From the NCBI GenBank assembly GCA_030588705.1, contig JAUUXD010000001.1, forward strand, positions 1 through 56,856: a stretch of 56,856 bases of DNA, given 5' to 3'. The DNA comes from a bacterium. Lineage in GTDB: Bacteria > Babelota > Babeliae > Babelales > Vermiphilaceae. The notes beneath the pieces were generated by a model, which worked only from the letters and a program-made list of their open reading frames with translations, made no database searches and was not told the DNA's origin. Both the position numbers and the translations under genes were made by a program. Of this stretch, positions 38,367-46,422 are shown piece by piece; the first letter of the stretch is position 1; every line of letters starts with the position of its first letter.

Positions 38367-38451
38367 TGGTGGCGAGAGTAGGATTCGAACCTACGAAGGC
38401 TGAGCCAACGGATTTACAGTCCGTCCCCTTTGGCCACTCGGGAATCTCGCC
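38367..38451 (-). tRNA. tRNA-Tyr (anticodon GTA), class II with long variable arm
   Basis: The 85-nt sequence is GGCGAGATTCCCGAGTGGCCAAAGGGGACGGACTGTAAATCCGTTGGCTCAGCCTTCGTAGGTTCGAATCCTACTCTCGCCACCA. The anticodon loop is CTGTAAA. Confidence 0.9.
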
Positions 38452-38484
38452 GGTGTTTTCAAAGAAACTCACATCGATTCAACT

Positions 38485-38513
38485 AGGATATTGTTTTTCT
38501 AAGGGGATTTCAA
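38485..38513 (-). promoter_or_regulatory. Candidate promoter for the tRNA/ribosomal-protein/rpoBC block
   Basis: On the minus strand, TTGAAA (comp 38508-38513), a 17-nt spacer, then TATCCT (comp 38485-38490), about 35 nt upstream of tRNA-Tyr. Confidence 0.35.
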
Positions 38514-38607
38514 CCTAAAATTTACCCAAAATGCGGCCTATGGCTTCGGGCAGGATACGTGCTCTGATAGCGCACTACGCCGAAACGGCCCCCTTTCGGC
38601 CATGAAA

Positions 38608-38633
38608 GGGTATAATGAGGCCTCATTATACCC
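38608..38633. promoter_or_regulatory. Perfect 26-bp palindrome carrying TATAAT on both strands (candidate operator or dual -10 element)
   Basis: The sequence gggtataatgagg/cctcattataccc lies in the divergent spacer between tRNA-Tyr and the MutS-like gene. The palindrome is certain; its function is not. Confidence 0.4.
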
Positions 38634-38641
38634 CCGTCCCA

Positions 38642-38671
38642 TTGACAAAAAGCCCTGAAATATGCCATATT
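38642..38671 (+). promoter_or_regulatory. Candidate promoter for the MutS-like gene
   Basis: TTGACA (38642-38647), an 18-nt spacer, then CATATT (38666-38671). An AGGAGG SD lies at 38703-38708 before the ATG at 38717. Confidence 0.3.
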
Positions 38672-38716
38672 GGAAGAGTGAGATATGAAGTTAAACAATT
38701 TTAGGAGGTTATACCC

Positions 38717-40648
38717 ATGAAGAAGGCATTAAAAATCAGACGAATTATCAGCTTATTGGTAGCAATAGCTACCCTCGTAAGCCCATCCCTTCAGGCATAC
38801 ACGCAGGAATATGTCAATAAGATCGCAGATAATCATCTGCGAACATTCCCAGTCATAGAAAAAGCACCACACAAAGAAGAGTCAATCAAACCGAAAAACT
38901 TCAAAGCGTTTCTTCAAATGATCACAAAACCACGCCACCTCGGCCTGAGAGATCTCAATGATCGAGATAAGCGGGAAATCGCTTTCAAGTATATGCAACA
39001 GGCTCCCTTCTCCCAGGAAGATATCATCGCCGCATCTTTGGTCGATAAATTAAACCTTATTCGTGGAGAAGCGCGCCCAAATGATCATCTCATGGGACGC
39101 CTGACAACTGACCCCGCCGGAAAAGAACTCCTCATGACAACTGCAGGAGCAAAGCGTTTTGTAGAAATTGTTGCGCAACCTACTACAGATCTAACCACAA
39201 TACGCAAACGACAAACCATCATCAGAGAGTTGGTCAATAATGATGCGCTCCGCATTCAGTGCAATCAGCTTCTCGCCAAAATACAAAAAGCTGAACCGTT
39301 CGTTTTTGATATGTACACGAGAAACCCGGATTCCGAAGAAGAAAAAATGAAAATGGCAGACTCACAAATCGGGCTCAAGGGGACCAATACACTAACCGTT
39401 ACAACAAGAACCGGCGAAGTTATATTCGCTATAGGAGTTCCCCTTATGATCGCTGGATCGCTCTTTCAGCTAGGAAAGGGCATTAAAGAAGATGACCCGA
39501 CCAAAATCGTTGGTGGCGCTTTCTTTACTCTCTATACATTGCTAGTGCAACTCGGCGCTGTATGGAATATGAAAGTTACGGTTGATATCCGTAAAAATAT
39601 GCAAGAACGCCTTATGGGCATGGCTACGTATCTTTCTTCTCTAAAGCAACTCGCTCAGACATTGGAGAAAGACAGTGCTATTGGCCAGTTAATTCCCGAA
39701 CTCAACAAAATAGTACAACAGCTTGAATACGATAAAAATGCATCAAAAGATTTTAATCGCCTCAATGAACTGCTCAGAAAAAAAACGTTTATAGAAGGAA
39801 CGCCATCTGCGCTCTCCTCACCCGGTAACATCGTGAATGCATACCGACGGGCAATACAGGAAGAGGTCCGCAAGGAATACGCACCAGCCATGAATCTGCT
39901 CGGGGAACTTGATGTATATGTAGCGCTTGCTAATAAGATCAAGGCACACCAAGGGCTTAATGCTCAATTTTGCTTTGCAGAGTTTATAGAAAAAAGCGAT
40001 AAACCAGTTATCAAAGCAACCAACTTCTGGAACCCATTTGTGGATCACACTATGGTGGTTGGCAACAACGTTGCGCTCAACACCGGCCAAGAGCGTGATA
40101 TCATTCTAACCGGCCCAAATACCGGTGGTAAATCAACGATAATGAAGGGGCTTATGTTCTCAGTCGTGCTTGCTCAAACATTTGGTATTGCACCGGCAAA
40201 ATCGCTTTCAATCACCCCGTTTACCAAACTGCTGACCTACTTGAATATTTCAGACGACACTGGCGCAGGGGTATCCCTCTTTAAAGCTGAAGTAAATCAA
40301 GCGAAAGCTATCATGGAAACCGTGCGCGCGCTCAAACCGAATGAGTTTGTGTTCTTGATCACTGATGAAATGTTCACCGGAACATCACCAGATAAGGGTG
40401 AAGAGCTTTCATTCAATTTTGCCAAACGGCTTGCAGCACTCCAAAATTGTATATTCATCCAGGCAACTCACTTTAAGAAACTTACTGAGCTGCCAGCACT
40501 CACAAAGGGCATATGCAAAAACTACTACACCGGCGTGGTCATTGAAGGTGGCAAGGTGGTGAAATACACCTACAAACTGGTACCTGGCATTTCGCCAATC
40601 AGTACCGCTGAGCAGATTGCAAAGGAAGAAGAAATATTTGATTTCTAG
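38717..40648 (+). CDS. MutS domain-V-type ATPase with N-terminal leader and internal TM pair, no mismatch-recognition domain
   Basis: 643 aa. Walker A is LTGPNTGGKSTIMKG and the Walker B region is ITDEMFTGTSPDKGE, as in MutS domain V. The leader is MKKALKIRRIISLLVAIATLVSPSLQA. Hydrophobic segments are VIFAIGVPLMIAGSLFQLG and IVGGAFFTLYTLLVQLGAVW. Confidence 0.7.
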   Translation: MKKALKIRRIISLLVAIATLVSPSLQAYTQEYVNKIADNHLRTFPVIEKAPHKEESIKPKNFKAFLQMITKPRHLGLRDLNDRDKREIAFKYMQQAPFSQEDIIAASLVDKLNLIRGEARPNDHLMGRLTTDPAGKELLMTTAGAKRFVEIVAQPTTDLTTIRKRQTIIRELVNNDALRIQCNQLLAKIQKAEPFVFDMYTRNPDSEEEKMKMADSQIGLKGTNTLTVTTRTGEVIFAIGVPLMIAGSLFQLGKGIKEDDPTKIVGGAFFTLYTLLVQLGAVWNMKVTVDIRKNMQERLMGMATYLSSLKQLAQTLEKDSAIGQLIPELNKIVQQLEYDKNASKDFNRLNELLRKKTFIEGTPSALSSPGNIVNAYRRAIQEEVRKEYAPAMNLLGELDVYVALANKIKAHQGLNAQFCFAEFIEKSDKPVIKATNFWNPFVDHTMVVGNNVALNTGQERDIILTGPNTGGKSTIMKGLMFSVVLAQTFGIAPAKSLSITPFTKLLTYLNISDDTGAGVSLFKAEVNQAKAIMETVRALKPNEFVFLITDEMFTGTSPDKGEELSFNFAKRLAALQNCIFIQATHFKKLTELPALTKGICKNYYTGVVIEGGKVVKYTYKLVPGISPISTAEQIAKEEEIFDF

Positions 40649-40673
40649 GCAAGATACTAAATAAGTAAAATAC

Positions 40674-40701
40674 AGAGGCGCCGATTAGGGCGCCTCTTTT
40701 T
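40674..40701. terminator. Bidirectional rho-independent terminator between the MutS-like gene and tsaE
   Basis: A 9-bp GC-rich stem, agaggcgcc (40674-40682) with ggcgcctct (40689-40697), has a T-run downstream on plus and an A-run upstream, so there is a T-run on both strands. Confidence 0.75.
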
Positions 40702-41134
40702 ATGTCTTCCTGATCGTCATCACCCGTTTTTCCAGATCCTCATGGTAGTCAATTGCCACATGGCATGCACCCTGGGAAAGCAAGGACAGAATATGCTCCG
40801 GCCACTCAATCAGCGTGTAACTTTCCGGTTCGTATAAATACTCATCAAAGCCAGCCTCCTGAAATTCAGCCACGCTTCCGATCCGATACAGGTCAAAATG
40901 GTAAAACGTCTGGCCTGCCTCATTCTCGTACAGATTAAGATAGGTGAACGTGGGACTCGTGACCGTCTCTTGCACTCCCCACTGCTTGAGAAGCTCTTTG
41001 ATCAGTGTGGTCTTGCCAGCACCCAGCGGACCAGTAAAGGTGATCACCTGGCAATCCTTTACGAGCTCCTTGAGCTTTTTGGCCACCGAAGGGATATCAG
41101 AAAGGGAGTAGGTTGTGGTTGTTTCTGTCTTCAT
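40700..41134 (-). CDS. tsaE: tRNA threonylcarbamoyladenosine biosynthesis ATPase TsaE
   Basis: 144 aa with GPLGAGKTTLIK, SPTFTYLNLYE and YHFDLYRI. Confidence 0.85.
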   Translation of the reverse strand: MKTETTTTYSLSDIPSVAKKLKELVKDCQVITFTGPLGAGKTTLIKELLKQWGVQETVTSPTFTYLNLYENEAGQTFYHFDLYRIGSVAEFQEAGFDEYLYEPESYTLIEWPEHILSLLSQGACHVAIDYHEDLEKRVMTIRKT

Positions 41135-41700
41135 AGCTTTTTCAACTTTTTAAGCAACAATCGATCCTTCTTTGAACTTCGGCCAGTCCGAAGGTGCACG
41201 TCACTCGGCGTTATATCCTCCTGTTTGCATGGCACCATTTCACTCGCCTGCTCCATAAGCGCATCCAGATCCAGATCACCCTCATCAATACTCACCTCTA
41301 TTTCTTCAACTTCCTCCGGATACTCTTGAATTCCCTGCTTGAAAAGTGGGTAAAAATCATCTGATCCTATTGAGGCAATATCATATTTCGATGCAAACAA
41401 ATTGAGCTCATGATCAGAAGATATCAGCAGGAGATCTTGCGTTTTATGATCAGCAATATACCGCATAATCACGGTGTCCGCTGTATCTCGCTCCCCCGAA
41501 TAAATAACTTTTATACCATTAACGAGCTCTTTGTGCGGCCATTGGTACGGCCCCCCATCAAATACCAGTACAATTTTGTGTTTTTTACGCCGTGCATACC
41601 GTTTGAGCTGATGCAAAAACACCGTCCGTTCATGTTCGCTTATATCATGATGAGGATCAATATGTTTTAAGAGGTTATATCCATCAATAATCAAAATCAT
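41131..41700 (-). CDS. NYN-domain protein, YacP/Rae1-like
   Basis: 189 aa with MILIIDGYNLLKH, IVLVFDGGP, TADTVIMRYI and LLLISSDHEL. It overlaps tsaE by 4 nt. Confidence 0.7.
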   Translation of the reverse strand: MILIIDGYNLLKHIDPHHDISEHERTVFLHQLKRYARRKKHKIVLVFDGGPYQWPHKELVNGIKVIYSGERDTADTVIMRYIADHKTQDLLLISSDHELNLFASKYDIASIGSDDFYPLFKQGIQEYPEEVEEIEVSIDEGDLDLDALMEQASEMVPCKQEDITPSDVHLRTGRSSKKDRLLLKKLKKL

Positions 41701-41812
41701 TCAGCTATCCAGCTCTTTCTTCGTTTTCATCTTGTTCATCAATTGCAAAACAGGGAAATACTCAGTACATTAAAAAAGCCTTTTGTGATCTTTTTTATGG
41801 AGCACCCTGCGT

Positions 41813-42664
41813 ATGTCTAAGTTAATACAATTACGCCAACGAAGCAAAGCGATCGAAACGATCAAAAAAATCACGCATGCCATGCGTCTCATATCGATGT
41901 CTACCCACTCTCATTTACAGCATATGCAAGACTCATTAACTCGATACACACGGGAAGTTGATCAACTGTTTTCCCAACTGATAACCTACGCACCAACATG
42001 GCGCAACCCCATCCTTCACCCAAACGAGAATAGTAGCCCCAAAACAGCAATTATTCTCATTGGATCTCAAAAGGGATTGTGTGGAAGCTTCAACACACAA
42101 CTAACTAAACTGTTTACCAAAGAGATAGGTGAACGCAACGAGCAATCGTTTGATCTCATTGCCGTGGGACAAAAAGCGGTGGATTTTACAAAAAGTAGCG
42201 AGCAGGGAGATCTCAAACAATCCTATGCAAAATTTAATGCACAGCGATTGGTGCCCATTGCGCGAGAAATAACACAGTTACTCATAGATGCAAAGCCGCA
42301 TTACACATCGGTTCTCATCTTTTCTAATCTTCCTAAAAGCTTCTTTATTCAAAAACCACAGGTTACCGAGCTGATCCCGATCATCCCACCAGAAAGTTCT
42401 GAGCCGGCAGATAAAAACGAATTCGCTTGGGAGGAATCACCTGAATCACTTCTCAATACGTTATTGCCGCAATATCTTGAATCAAAACTTCAACATTTCG
42501 AGTTTCAATCACTCATCGCCGAACATGCAGCCCGATTTATTTCCATGGATAGCGCAACACGCAACGCCAAGGAACTTCTGGAAGAAAACAACTTGGAATA
42601 CAATAAGCTACGCCAGACTAAAATCACCAAAGAACTCACCGAGCTAATTGGTAGTTATACGTAA
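41813..42664 (+). CDS. atpG: F-type ATP synthase gamma subunit, genomically isolated
   Basis: 283 aa. The N-terminal helix is IQLRQRSKAIETIKKITHAMRLISMS and the C-terminal helix is AARFISMDSATRNAKELLEE...YNKLRQTKITKELTELI. There are no other atp genes within 10 kb on either side. Confidence 0.85.
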   Translation: MSKLIQLRQRSKAIETIKKITHAMRLISMSTHSHLQHMQDSLTRYTREVDQLFSQLITYAPTWRNPILHPNENSSPKTAIILIGSQKGLCGSFNTQLTKLFTKEIGERNEQSFDLIAVGQKAVDFTKSSEQGDLKQSYAKFNAQRLVPIAREITQLLIDAKPHYTSVLIFSNLPKSFFIQKPQVTELIPIIPPESSEPADKNEFAWEESPESLLNTLLPQYLESKLQHFEFQSLIAEHAARFISMDSATRNAKELLEENNLEYNKLRQTKITKELTELIGSYT

Positions 42665-42668
42665 AAAA

Positions 42669-42699
42669 GCAAAGCCCCGCCAAAACAGCAAGGCTTTGC
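42669..42699 (-). terminator. Hairpin terminator for the minus-strand secreted-protein pair
   Basis: An 8-bp stem, gcaaagcc with ggctttgc, has a 15-nt loop and is followed on the minus strand by TTTTTT (comp 42663-42668). Confidence 0.4.
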
Positions 42700-42720
42700 C
42701 TTCATCTCGTACACTCTTTT

Positions 42721-43206
42721 TTACTTTAAGTTAAGCGGTTTGTAGGTTTTTGCAGCAGTTGCGGCACCAAGAGCTCCGGCAACTTTTCCACAATATTTTC
42801 CATGTTTAATGAGATCCAAGCGAACTGCTTTGCTGCAATCTATGCTGTTCCATACGCCAAATTCCCCTTTTCGTTGGCAAAAGATACGAAACTGCTTACG
42901 AATACCAGGCCAGTTATATTTCACCCGAAAACCTCCCGATGGAAGCTCCTGCCAACCTTTACTAAGCACGGTGGCCGGTTGAAATTCCGAGCCAACCAAC
43001 CCCTTTTTGAATTGCATTGATTGCACTCGTATACTTTGATCCCCGATTGGAGCGATCGTCACCCCGCCACAAAGAAATAGACTGGATCCAATCTTGATGA
43101 ACTCTTTTTCAAAGGTAGGCCTTCCGTCCCAATCATCCTTAGCAAAGCCAGTAGTACTCACCAGGCTCAAGCTCATCACTGCAGTAAATAGTAAGACCTT
43201 CTTCAT
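42721..43206 (-). CDS. Small secreted 4-Cys protein, tandem paralog 1
   Basis: 161 aa. The leader is MKKVLLFTAVMSLSLVSTTGFA. It shares the W-D-G-(R/K)-P-T motif and Cys spacing with 43221-43655. Confidence 0.55.
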   Translation of the reverse strand: MKKVLLFTAVMSLSLVSTTGFAKDDWDGRPTFEKEFIKIGSSLFLCGGVTIAPIGDQSIRVQSMQFKKGLVGSEFQPATVLSKGWQELPSGGFRVKYNWPGIRKQFRIFCQRKGEFGVWNSIDCSKAVRLDLIKHGKYCGKVAGALGAATAAKTYKPLNLK

Positions 43207-43220
43207 ACTTCTTCCCTTGA

Positions 43221-43655
43221 TTATTTACTTTTCATATTCAGATACCCTGTATCGTACCCCGCCCCTGCTATGCTTTTATCGCAACGCTGATTGTATATTG
43301 GATAAACTACCTTAACCTTTCCCTTGCATGGCACTCGTTTTCCTCCAACATAGCAAGCAATCGCCCAATGCTCTTTTCGTCCAAGCCCATTATATTTAAT
43401 GTAACTTAGGGCACCTCGAGGCTTAAACGTCCTGTTACCTCGCACCTTCGCACGCGAATTGAATTTTTTACCAGTAACTTGCCGACTCAATTTGAGCGTC
43501 ATGGTATCGCCGGTTGTAGAGGTAATCCTGAATGCACCGCATTTTTTCTTACGACCACTCGCTTTGATCGTATTACCAACGGTTGGTTTACCATCCCATT
43601 TAGCAGCAACCGCCGTACCACCTAAAAACAATAATAAGATAAGAAACTTCTTCAT
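43221..43655 (-). CDS. Small secreted 4-Cys protein, tandem paralog 2
   Basis: 144 aa. The leader is MKKFLILLLFLGGTAVAA, followed by KWDGKPT. IKYNGLGRKEHWAIAC corresponds to VKYNWPGIRKQFRIFC in paralog 1. Confidence 0.55.
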   Translation of the reverse strand: MKKFLILLLFLGGTAVAAKWDGKPTVGNTIKASGRKKKCGAFRITSTTGDTMTLKLSRQVTGKKFNSRAKVRGNRTFKPRGALSYIKYNGLGRKEHWAIACYVGGKRVPCKGKVKVVYPIYNQRCDKSIAGAGYDTGYLNMKSK

Positions 43656-43733
43656 ACTTCTTCCTTTTTTTGGTTTAAAAATATCTACTACAACTTCAAC
43701 CTTAGCAAAAGAAAGACTTTAGATTCAATGGTT

Positions 43734-45056
43734 TCAGAGAGAAGAAGAAAGAGAATCCTGTTGATAGGTTTTGATATGGCGCCAATCGCCCTGCCTGAGC
43801 TCAATATCAGCTCCCATGCGAGATAATTTATGCTCCAAACGCTCATAGCCTCGCAGCCAATGCTGAACCCCGGTCATCACCGTACTCCCTTTGGCCACCA
43901 AACCAGCAAGCACCAATGCGCTCGATGCCCGAATATCGGTGGCAATCACCTGCGCCCCATACAGCTCATCCACTCCCGTAATGGTTGCCTGATGGCCATG
44001 CAAATCGATCTGAGCTCCCATTTTCTGCAGTTCGCGAACATGGAGCAATCTATTTTCAAATACGGTCTCTTCCACCACGCTCTTGCCCTGGGCGATACAT
44101 TGCAATGCCATCATGGGCGCTTGCAAATCAGTGGGAAACCCCGGGTAGGGAGCAGTCTTGAATGAAACGGCTTTGGGAGCATCAGTAGCAGCAAGCGTAA
44201 CCCCTCGTTTGTTATCCCCCACGATAATCTTATGCCCCATTTCTTCAAGCTTGAGGAGAAACAGATCCAAATGATCCGCACGAGCAGCAGGAAGGGAAAC
44301 AGAGCCACCGGTAATCGCTGCGGCGAGCAAGAGCACCCCCGCTTCCAAGCGATCCACCACAACATCATGCTCAATCGGCCTAAGCTCACTCACCCCGGTA
44401 ATTTCTATCACCGCTGGTGGCAGAATTCTGATAGCCGCACCCATCTTTTTGAGCACCTCAATAAGATCAAGGACCTCAGGCTCAAGAGCCGCATTAATAA
44501 TCGTTGTTATACCAGGAGTACACGCAGCCGCCATCATCAAATTCTCCGTGGCCCCCACACTTGGGTAGTCGAGCACCAGCTCCCGCGCACACAATTGCTT
44601 TGTGTGCACATTCAGGTAGGCCCCCCGTTCAGCAATCGTCACTCCTATCTTGGCAAAGTTCTTCAAATGATAATCGATCGGACGAGAACCGATTACGCAT
44701 CCGCCCGGCAGCGCAATCTCTGCCTTTGAAAATCGAACAAGCAACGGCCCCATCACCAAGATAGAGGCACGCATTTTGCGCATAATATCGGGACTCACCC
44801 GCCATTTGTTCACGAACGTGGTATCCACGTCTAATACATTCTGTTTTGCATCAAAGGAAACGTGTGCACCCAGCGAGCGTAATAGATCAATCATATGCAG
44901 CACATCACTCGACGCGGGTACATTTTTTAAACGCGACGTACCGCGCGTGAGCACCAGCGATGCCATGATAACGAGCACCGCATTCTTCGCACCTCCCAGT
45001 GAAATTTCTCCCTGCAATGGACCACCCTGTTTGGCAAGTAGATACCAATCCGCCAT
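43734..45056 (-). CDS. murA: UDP-N-acetylglucosamine 1-carboxyvinyltransferase
   Basis: 440 aa with LQGEISLGGAKNA and the active-site loop LPGGCVIGSRPID, in which the Cys is retained. Confidence 0.95.
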   Translation of the reverse strand: MADWYLLAKQGGPLQGEISLGGAKNAVLVIMASLVLTRGTSRLKNVPASSDVLHMIDLLRSLGAHVSFDAKQNVLDVDTTFVNKWRVSPDIMRKMRASILVMGPLLVRFSKAEIALPGGCVIGSRPIDYHLKNFAKIGVTIAERGAYLNVHTKQLCARELVLDYPSVGATENLMMAAACTPGITTIINAALEPEVLDLIEVLKKMGAAIRILPPAVIEITGVSELRPIEHDVVVDRLEAGVLLLAAAITGGSVSLPAARADHLDLFLLKLEEMGHKIIVGDNKRGVTLAATDAPKAVSFKTAPYPGFPTDLQAPMMALQCIAQGKSVVEETVFENRLLHVRELQKMGAQIDLHGHQATITGVDELYGAQVIATDIRASSALVLAGLVAKGSTVMTGVQHWLRGYERLEHKLSRMGADIELRQGDWRHIKTYQQDSLSSSL

Positions 45057-45781
45057 TACGTCTCCAGTTTTGCAATCCTTTTTAATTTCACCACATCACG
45101 ACTCGTAAGCACACGCCACCCGCCAACCGGCAAGCCACGCTTGGTTAATCCTGCATACTTCACTCGATCAAGCGCTTTTACCCGATAGCCCAACTGTTCA
45201 AATACACGCCTGACCACCCGATACTTTCCGCTGTGAAGCACAAGCCGCACTTGATTTTCTTTTGCGCCAACAAATGGAAAAATTTTAGCAATTTTTACCA
45301 TACCATCCCGTAAGCGCACTCCCCTCATGATATGTTTACGATCACGCTCACTAAACGCGCGATCAAGAAGCACCACATACTCTTTCTGTATTTCATAGCG
45401 AGGATGAGCCAATCGCTGTGCGAGCTCACCATCGTTGGTAAGTAGCAATAAGCCGGTCGTTGTTTGATCCAAGCGCCCCACCGGATAGATTCGTTGGGGA
45501 ACATGTTTGCCAAGTAATGCCATCACCGTTGGCTTGCCCGTGGGATCGCTCGCGGCAGTAATATACCCTTTCGGTTTATTCAAAAGAACATAGACCGGTT
45601 TTTCAAGAATCACCCGCTTGCCTTGCACAGTAACTTTATCGGTTTCTTTCACCACATATGCCGGCTCTTTCACGATCACACCGTTTACGCGTACCAGGCC
45701 TTTTTTAATGAGCTCAACCGCGTTACGGCGAGAGCATACACCCGCATGGGCAAGATATTTATTTAATTGCATAGTATCCAT
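45056..45781 (-). CDS. Pseudouridine synthase, RsuA/RluB family
   Basis: 241 aa with an S4 domain (LNKYLAHAGVCSRR) and the catalytic VGRLDQTTTGLLLLTNDG. The stop overlaps the murA start by 1 nt. Confidence 0.85.
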   Translation of the reverse strand: MDTMQLNKYLAHAGVCSRRNAVELIKKGLVRVNGVIVKEPAYVVKETDKVTVQGKRVILEKPVYVLLNKPKGYITAASDPTGKPTVMALLGKHVPQRIYPVGRLDQTTTGLLLLTNDGELAQRLAHPRYEIQKEYVVLLDRAFSERDRKHIMRGVRLRDGMVKIAKIFPFVGAKENQVRLVLHSGKYRVVRRVFEQLGYRVKALDRVKYAGLTKRGLPVGGWRVLTSRDVVKLKRIAKLET

Positions 45782-45792
45782 AAAAATTATTC

Positions 45793-46329
45793 TTAATCCT
45801 CTCCCGTACTCTCTTCTATGTAAAAATTTTTATCAACAAGCTCTTGCAGGAACACATCCGCACACGCTCTAGCTCGTTCACATAACTCAGCTTGACGTGG
45901 GTCGTATAGTAATTGACTAGCTATACCAATCGCTTCTCTTTGAAACCCATTCAACTCAATAATACCCACCTGCTTCAATAAAAAATCATTCTTCGCTATT
46001 CGTTCGAGCCTCCCTATCGTCTCTTGAACATCAGACTCCTCTTCTTTTCCTCTCTCTCGAATCAACTCCCAAAACCGCTCCTGACAAGTTGAACATGTCC
46101 GAAGAAGCCTAGGTTGCTCATCGGGAACCTTAGAGCATAGACTTCTGGCCTTTTCATAGCATCGCAACAAAGCGGTCTTATCCAATCGAGAAGAATCTTC
46201 TAGTTTTTTCTCTAACGATCTCATGTCCCGTTGATATTTCCACAATTTCAATCTTTGCCATCCCCCACCTTCTATCTGCGAACTCGCCAACACGCATACA
46301 AGTAAACCAACTATCCATCCTTTACACAT
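45793..46329 (-). CDS. Hypothetical secreted helical Cys-containing protein
   Basis: 178 aa with a hydrophobic N-terminus (WIVGLLVCVLASSQ). I recognise no family. Confidence 0.45.
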   Translation of the reverse strand: MCKGWIVGLLVCVLASSQIEGGGWQRLKLWKYQRDMRSLEKKLEDSSRLDKTALLRCYEKARSLCSKVPDEQPRLLRTCSTCQERFWELIRERGKEEESDVQETIGRLERIAKNDFLLKQVGIIELNGFQREAIGIASQLLYDPRQAELCERARACADVFLQELVDKNFYIEESTGED

Positions 46330-46422
46330 CCCGTCCCCCGAAATTTTTATGGTTGCGCATCTTATTAGTTAGGTTACTATAATACGATTGTTTTGCGCAC
46401 AACTCAACTAAAGGAGCTTACT

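Noticed and set aside
38324-38451. The right arm of element B (gacgaagcttgccgagcctgaaggcccgg) might be the 5' half of a plus-strand class-II tRNA, or the elements might be a 4.5S/SRP RNA domain IV.
   Set aside because: - No complementary 3' acceptor strand exists downstream on plus (GAAGGCT where CTTCGTC is needed), and the anticodon arm would have an 11-nt loop.
- The SRP idea fails because the tetraloop-plus-AGCA asymmetric-loop pattern is absent, the elements do not fold as one long hairpin, and there are two copies.
- The G.U pair and the covariation favour the minus strand.
38030-38518. ORFs 38030-38245 (minus) and 38216-38518 (plus) spanning the tRNA cluster.
   Set aside because: They read straight through the tRNA-Gly and tRNA-Tyr genes and the GC-rich repeats. 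They are open only because of GC-rich composition and have no start context.
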